Shown here in pieces: positions 56,293 through 64,000 of a stretch of DNA of 64,000 nucleotides. The DNA is taken from NCBI GenBank assembly GCA_964016885.1, contig OZ024741.1:8246001-8310000 (forward strand), read 5' to 3'. This DNA is from Eledone cirrhosa (lineage: Eukaryota). Position numbers and translations under genes: made by a program. Positions within the stretch are counted from its first letter, which is position 1, and each line of letters starts with the position of its first letter. The notes below the pieces were generated by a model. It was not told the origin of the DNA. It did not search any database and saw only the letters and a program-made list of their open reading frames with translations.

Positions 56293-56295
<3 letters not shown>
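55812..56295 (+). mobile_element. Family A HHR element with inverted 5' segment; HHR at 56047-56089
   Basis: 55812-55925 inverted; octamer at 55965; ACAGTG-CTGACGA..GAAACTAGTA-CATCGT with one stem I mismatch. Confidence 0.8.
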
Positions 56296-56352
<57 letters not shown>

Positions 56353-56369
56353 TATATATATATATATAA

Positions 56370-56434
<65 letters not shown>

Positions 56435-56657
56435 AGTGAACGAAGTATCGTTTAAGGTAATCCAAGTAGAGGTTAGTCTGTAGCGTGGATGATTCTAACG
56501 TCCGGCGTTGTTTGACAATTCTGCGGGTGGTAACTGTACTTAAGATCGTTTGTTATGGTAGCACTAGGGATAGCGATGTTTAGACACACCGGACCAATGA
56601 AACAGTTGTTAATGGAATAAACCCTACTGTATAGCTGGGCCGTGTTATTCTTCACTC

Positions 56658-56691
<34 letters not shown>

Positions 56692-56730
56692 GATATTAAC
56701 AAATGGAAATTATATTTATAAAACCATATT

Positions 56731-56795
56731 TATTTTATTATACATATTTCAAGGATACCAAGTTAAATTATGGTATGCCTTCATCAGACAAAATA
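56731..56795 (-). ncRNA. Type I hammerhead ribozyme (family F-related)
   Basis: Mirror of 57507-57571. Confidence 0.8.
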
Positions 56796-57506
56796 CAATA
56801 TATACCAGTTTTATAAATAAACATTGACGTACCCTTTTTAAAATGCGACCGTTACTTTTGGAAGACATCAGGATAGTGGTTTGTTTACTTTAGTAAGTCA
56901 TAGTGTTAGAGATAAGTAAAAAGACGGAGAGAGAGAGATTGCAGATATGCATGATTTAACAGCAATAAACGTGCTATATGATAGGTAATTTCTCTAGCAA
57001 TATATATATTTTGTAATGTTTAAGTTCCAATTTTTAATATATTGATCTCAATTTTTAAACTAAATATATAATCATAATTAAACAATGATTAATTTCTCAT
57101 ATTATATATCTATATTCCATTCATGAATATTAATATTTCTAATTTTATTTATTCATTTCATCTCAATTGTTAACTCAATTTAATATGACATGACTTAAGG
57201 TTTTCGTTCTCTCCCCCTCTCTCTATCTCTATATGTCTCTCTCTTGAGTTTTTTCTCTGTCTGGTGGTTTGATATATCCCTGTTATTTTCCTCTGTTCTC
57301 TTTTTTTTCTTTTTTCTTTCTTCTTTTTCTTTATTTATCTCTCCCTTTCTTTTTCTACAAGTTTCTCTCTCTCTCCGTCTTTTTACTTATCTCTAACACT
57401 ATGACTTACTAAAGTAAACAAACCACTATCCTGATGTCTTCCAAAAGTAACGGTCGCATTTTAAAAAGGGTACGTCAATGTTTATTTATAAAACTGGTAC
57501 ATATTG

Positions 57507-57571
57507 TATTTTGTCTGATGAAGGCATACCATAATTTAACTTGGTATCCTTGAAATATGTATAATAAAATA
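57507..57571 (+). ncRNA. Type I hammerhead ribozyme (family F-related)
   Basis: TATTTTGT-CTGATGA-AGGCATACCA..TGGTATCCTT-GAAA-TATGTATA-ATAAAATA; 8-bp stem I. Confidence 0.8.
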
Positions 57572-57698
57572 AATATGGTTTTATAAATATAGTTTCCATT
57601 TGTTAATATCGTCTATCTACTCCAAATACTTGTTGAGTGCTTTATATCAGTTATAAAAATATTTGCTTGTTGTATCCCAACAATTTAAATAGAACTTT

Positions 57699-57749
<51 letters not shown>

Positions 57750-57774
57750 GAGTGAAGAATAACACGGCCCAGGT

Positions 57775-57950
<176 letters not shown>

Positions 57951-58014
57951 TACATGATTAACTCTCACAGCACAAAGAAATAAATGAAATTGAAGGGCTT
58001 ATGTCTAAATTAGA

Positions 58015-58059
<45 letters not shown>

Positions 58060-58127
58060 CCATAAAATAAAATCCCGGACCGTAATTATACCAGATAATA
58101 GAAAAAGGACAGGCATATTATAGACAT

Positions 58128-59165
58128 ATACATTGCCATACATACATATAGACATATATATATATATAGATACATACATACATATAGACATATATATATA
58201 TAGATACATACATACATATAGACATATATATATATATAGATACATACATACATATAGACATATATATATATAGATACATACATACATATAGACATATATG
58301 TATATATAGATACATACATACATATAGACATATATATATATAGATACATACATACACATATAGACATATATATATATATAGATACATTGCCATACATATA
58401 GACATATATATATATATAGATACATACATACATATAGACATATATATATATAGATACATACATACACATATAGACATATATATATATAGATACATACATA
58501 CACATATATATATATAGATACATACATACATATAGACATATATATATAGATACATACATACATATAGACATATATATATATATACATACATACACATATA
58601 GACATATATATATATAGATACATACATACATATAGACATATATATATAGATACATACATATAGACATATATATATATATAGATACATACATACATATAGA
58701 CATATATATATATAGATACATACATACATATAGACATATATATATATAGATACATACATACACATATAGACATATATATATATAGATACATACATAAACA
58801 TATAGACATATATATATATAGATACATACATACATATAGACATATATATATAGATACATACATACACATATAGACATATATATATATAGATACATACATA
58901 CATATAGACATATATATATATAGATACATACATACATATAGACATATATATATAGATACATACATACATATAGACATATATATATAGATACATACATATA
59001 GACAGATATAGACATATACATACATACATATATAGATACATACATACATATAGGCACAAACATACACACAAACATACATACATACATACATACATACATA
59101 CAAACATACATACACACAAACATACACACAAACATACATACACACAAACATACATATATACATAT
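58128..59165. repeat. Microsatellite-derived minisatellite of about 30 bp (TAGACA(TA)nGATA(CATA)n)
   Basis: Regular alternation of gac and gat anchors. Confidence 0.9.
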
Positions 59166-60002
59166 ATGCACGTGCACACACACATACGTATGCGCGCCTA
59201 CATACAAACACACACGCACACACATACACATACTCACACTCCACCTCCAAATAAACACCCACGCACCCCCACACATCACCCTCCACACATACAAAGACCC
59301 ACGCCGACATACTCACACACACACACCTCCCCCCTCACACGCACACTCACCCTCTACACATACAAAGACCCACGCCGACACACACTCACACACACACCCA
59401 CGTACACACACACACACACTCACTCTCTACACATACAAAGACCCACGCCGACACACACTCACACACACACCTCCCTCTCACACACATACACTCCCACATA
59501 GACACACACACATCTCCCCCACACCGACACACACGTAGCCCCCTCCCCCACATGTAAGTTGTGTAGTTGTGCGTGTTTAAGCCCCGTCATTCTTCAGGGA
59601 CTGAAGTAACAAGTAGCTTTCTCATTGAGAGTACACAACACAATGTAGATAAAGATTTCACTTAGATAACCGAGCGATTATTTAAAGAGAAACAGAAGAA
59701 AAAATAATAAGCTGGGCCCCTCTCTCGCCCTCCATGTACCCTCATAAATTAAGGGCCCTATTTAAGGTGTCAATATCGCTACCACTAACACCATCTAAAC
59801 ACCAGCAGCATCTAAGACTTCATGTTAGATAAGCTAGAATGGATTTCTTGCTAAAGACAAATGTTACAACAACAGCCATCTCTCTCTTCTTCGTGCTACA
59901 TCAAAAGTGAGTGAAGTGGCCGCGCAGCTTTAGATATCATACGGCAGATCGAATTACACAGCTTACACTCAGTTATTTATTTCAATACTAACTACTTCTG
60001 TA

Positions 60003-60220
60003 CTGTTGTTGTTGGTGTTGTTGGTGTTGTTGTACTTTATTGTTTAATGGTGTCGTCGTTGTTGTTGATAATGATGGTTATGATGATGTTGATGGTGATG
60101 ATGTTAATGATGATGATGATGATGGTGATGATGATGGTGATGATGATGCTGATGTTGATGATGAAGTTGATGATGACGATGATGATGACGATGTTATTAA
60201 TGATGATGATGATGATGACT
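60003..60220. repeat. (GTT)/(GAT)n trinucleotide tract
   Basis: Seen directly. Confidence 0.9.
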
Positions 60221-60439
60221 TTAGTGAATGTAATAGTGTACTGATAAGGTCTTACGGATTCTTTTACCTTCTTATCTTGGCGCTATTGTTATTTTAATAA
60301 GCGTGTGTATATATATATATACACACATATATACACAAATATATACATGTACATCATCATCGTATGTTAACTTTGCTAAAATGATTTATGAAGCGGCACT
60401 GCCCACGTTCATTGCAGGCTCGATGGTAGCTGACGAGGG

Positions 60440-60475
<36 letters not shown>

Positions 60476-61643
60476 TCTTTTACTTTGTTCCACCCATCCG
60501 GCTGAGGCCATGCTGGGGCACCGGACATGTATATATATTATATCAATTTGGAAAAGTCTTCCACGTAACTAAGGTCATACATAATGAACAACAAACGTTG
60601 AGGAAATGGGCGAAACATAGGGAAGTCCTTTCTAATCTGTCATCCACTGGAGGTCATCGTGGTTTCAGTACTTTAAGGTCTAAACCACTAGCTCCAGTGC
60701 ACATGGTACAGTAACAAATAGACACAAAACAAGAAATTTATTCTTTATACTATTTACAAATTATATAAAATTTGCTACAAACCAAAGTACTGTAACTGGG
60801 AAGAAGAGATAGAAAGAAAGCCCAATATATTAGCCAAGAGAAACTATGTACAACTGGTGCTTGTATTTCCAGGTTTAATATAGCAATTTGGCCTTTCAGA
60901 GAGACGCCATTCAATTTTGTTAGTTGTCTCTGCTATTACTGTCTTAGGTCGTACTTGTAAATATACTGAGGTTAATTTCAACCTAAGCATTAATAACTTT
61001 TATTGTGATATTGTATTTGAGTAGACATAACTGAAATATTTATTGATGTGGCTACTAAATATCTTAAGATCTACGACGAAGGGAGGCAAAGAATGTTAGA
61101 TTATCGATATACTAATTTGACGGATATAGTCGTTCAGGTCCGCCTTGATGTAATCAGTAAAGCGGTCGTCCGGTATATACCAGATACGTTGCTATATTCC
61201 CGTGGACAGTCCAGTTCACATTTTGCATCAAAGGCCCTGCATTATATATATATATATATATTAATGGGGTCCCTATCATTAAATCACCCAGGACACCTCC
61301 AACGAGATATACCTTGGAGGAGGCCAGCTAAACCTGCATAGGTGTGAGCTGTAACAACAACAACACACACATATATATATATATATATTAGGAAAGGGAA
61401 GTAAGGTTCTATACAAAACAGTGGATATAGAGAAAAGATGAAGTTGGAAATAGCAGGGGAAATATATTTAAGGGTCTGTTTTTCTTTTTTGATTCGTCAA
61501 AGTGACATTATTGAAAAGATAATGTTATTAAAAAAAGAGGGACAATTCTTTTTTGAAAATTGTTTTACGAAGTATATAAAGTATATAAAGTATATAAAGT
61601 ATATGAAGTATATAAAGTATATGAAGTATATAAAGTATATGAG

Positions 61644-61687
61644 GAAATTACCGGTTTCGATGTATTAAAATCCATCTTGTCAAATTC
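61644..61687 (-). ncRNA. Hammerhead ribozyme, U3-A8 core variant
   Basis: GAAT-TTGACAA-GATG gattttaata CATC-GAAA-CCGGTA-ATTT on the minus strand. Confidence 0.6.
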
Positions 61688-61948
61688 AGTGAAAAAAGTT
61701 AATCAAAAAGAGTTGGAAGGAGTAAAAAGAGGTTTAAAATTAAAATCAAAAACGAATGTTTGAGTAAAATTTCTTCCATCATATATCCTGAAAAGTGGGC
61801 TGGAAATGTGGGCAAGTTGTTTTGTTGATGTGAGAAATATGCTATGACGTATTGCTTAATCTAGTGGTCAATAGTTCAAAAGGGGGTAGGGGGTTGTAGG
61901 AAGAAATTTTACTCAAATAATCATTTTTGATTTTAAGTTTAAACCTGA

Positions 61949-63197
61949 GTGTAAAAGAGAGAGCCCGGCTCTATAGCCGATGTAATACTTGGAATACACT
62001 GCTGGGTGTAAAAGAGAGAGCCCGGCTCTATAGCCGATGTAATACTTGGAATACACTGTTGGGTGTGAAAGAGAGAGCCCGGCTCTATAGCCGATGTAAT
62101 ACTTGGAATACACTGCTGGGTGTAAAAGAGAGAGCCCGGCTCTATAGCCGATGTAATACTTGGAATACACTGCTGGGTGTAAAAGAGAGAGCCCGGCTCT
62201 ATAGCTGATGTAATACTTGGAATACACTGCTGGGTGTAAAAGAGAGAGCCCGGCTCTATAGCTGATGTAATACTTGGAATACACTGCTGGGTGTGAAAGA
62301 GAGAGCCCGGCTCTATAGCTGATGTAATACTTGGAATACACTGCTGGGTGTGAAAGAGAGAGCCCGGCTCTATAGCCGATGTAATACTTGGAATACACTG
62401 CTGGGTGTAAAAGAGAGAGCCCGGCTCTATAGCTGATGTAATACTTGGAATACACTGCTGGGTGTGAAAGAGAGAGCCCGGCTCTATAGCCGATGTAATA
62501 CTTGGAATACACTGCTGGGTGTAAAAGAGAGAGCCCGGCTCTATAGCTGATGTAATACTTGGAATACACTGCTGGGTGTAAAAGAGAGAGCCCGGCTCTA
62601 TAGCTGATGTAATACTTGGAATACACTGCTGGGTGTGAAAGAGAGAGCCCGGCTCTATAGCTGATGTAATACTTGGAATACACTGCTGGGTGTGAAAGAG
62701 AGAGCCCGGCTCTATAGCCGATGTAATACTTGGAATACACTGTTGGGTGTGAAAAAGAGAGCCCGGCTCTATAGCCGATGTAATACTTGGAATACACTGC
62801 TGGGTGTAAAAGAGAGAGCCCGGCTCTATAGCCGATGTAATACTTGGAATACACTGTTGGGTGTGAAAGAGAGAGCCCGGCTCTATAGCTGATGTAATAC
62901 TTGGAATACACTGTAGGGTGTGAAAGAGAGAGCTCGGCTCTATAGCCAATGTAATACTTGGAATACACTGTTGGGTGTGAAAGAGAGAGCACGGCTCTAT
63001 AGCCAATGTAATACTTGGAATACACTGTTGGGTGTAAAAGAGAGAGCACGGCTCTATAGCCGATGTAATACTTGGAATACACTGTTGGATGTGAAAGAGA
63101 GAGCCCGGCTCTATAGCCGATGTAATACTTGTAATACACTGTTGCGTGTGAAAAATAGAGCCCGGCTCTATAGCCGATGTAATACTTGGAATACACT
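61949..63197. repeat. 57-bp minisatellite, about 22 copies
   Basis: GTGTAAAAGAGAGAGCCCGGCTCTATAGCCGATGTAATACTTGGAATACACTGCTGG; 19-aa ORF periodicity. Confidence 0.97.
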
Positions 63198-63294
63198 AAA
63201 GTACATATCGTTGGGGCTGGGCACAAATTGTGAACACATCAGTACTGTATTTAAAACCTCCTGAGGGATCACATTGGAGTTCTCCCCCAGGGCC

Positions 63295-63485
63295 AGTAAA
63301 TTTGGAGGGAAAAAGGAATAGTTGAATAAATCAACCCCAGTACTTGACTGACATTGATTTCATCGGCCCCAGGAGGGTGAAAGACAAAGATGACATCATT
63401 GGAATTTGAACTCACAATTTAAAGAGCCAGAACTGCAACGATATTCTATCGGACGCTCTACCAATTCTGCCAATCCGCCACCTTT
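63295..63485 (-). mobile_element. Diverged tRNA-derived SINE
   Basis: ccccagtacttgactg..atttgaactc..ctctaccaattctgccaatccgcc. Confidence 0.75.
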
Positions 63486-63601
63486 CTGTGAGGTCTTCAA
63501 TGAGAATTAATAATTCTCTGTTAATTCTTCATCTTCAGAATTACAAGGAATCCATCTTTGATACGATAACTGTTGCTTGTATCATTGATGTCAATATATT
63601 C

Positions 63602-63639
63602 TTGTTGCTGTTGTTGTCGTCGTCGTCGTCGTCGTCGTC

Positions 63640-63672
<33 letters not shown>

Positions 63673-63691
63673 AGTATTGGTGGTGTTGTTG

Positions 63692-63723
<32 letters not shown>

Positions 63724-63758
63724 GGTGTTGTTGTTGTTGTTGCTGTTGTTGTTGGTGG

Positions 63759-63789
<31 letters not shown>

Positions 63790-63878
63790 GTTGTTGTTGC
63801 TGTTGTTGCTGCTGTTGTTGTTGTTATTGTTGCTGTTGTTGTCGTTACTACTGTTGTTGTTGTCGTTGTTGTTGTTGG

Positions 63879-63912
<34 letters not shown>

Positions 63913-63938
63913 ATTGTTGCTGTTGTTGTCGTTACTAC

Positions 63939-63972
<34 letters not shown>

Positions 63973-64000
63973 GTCGTCGTTGCTGTTGTTGTTGTTGTTG
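63602..64000. repeat. (GTT)/(GGT)/(GTC)n trinucleotide tract
   Basis: Seen directly. Confidence 0.95.

Larger units (their letters stand above)
56691..57611. mobile_element. Inverted-repeat element (arms about 248 bp) with an HHR in each arm, nested within 28-bp outer IRs (56635-56662 and 57743-57772)
   Basis: 56691-56938 inverted against about 57364-57611. Confidence 0.88.

Noticed and set aside
60040-60297. Poly-Asp ORF
   Set aside because: (GAT)n repeat with no flanking coding signal.

Overview
Eukaryotic, repeat-saturated DNA with no recognisable host exon. It is probably cephalopod (Octopus-like), an inference from the tRNA-SINE family, RTE/R4 LINEs and extreme microsatellite density. 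Bases 1-24.4 kb are a 41-bp satellite (about 595 monomers) with irregular higher-order structure. The rest is microsatellite interleaved with decayed non-LTR retrotransposons (near-full-length RTE, R4/Dong-like, CRE-like, L1/Tx1-like), tRNA-derived SINEs, a probable Helitron end and a Penelope-like element (PLE). The main hidden signal, invisible in the ORF track, is about 19 type I hammerhead ribozyme (HHR) motifs in at least six sequence families. They sit in palindromic or inverted-5'-end elements and in a 466-bp tandem, retrozyme-like array carrying an ATGCAAAT octamer; two families have a compensatory U3-A8 core. The PLE fragment has an in-frame TGA where a conserved Cys is expected, with a SECIS-like hairpin downstream, making it a candidate selenoprotein-type (Naiad-like) retroelement. 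All structures were folded by eye, and element boundaries are approximate.
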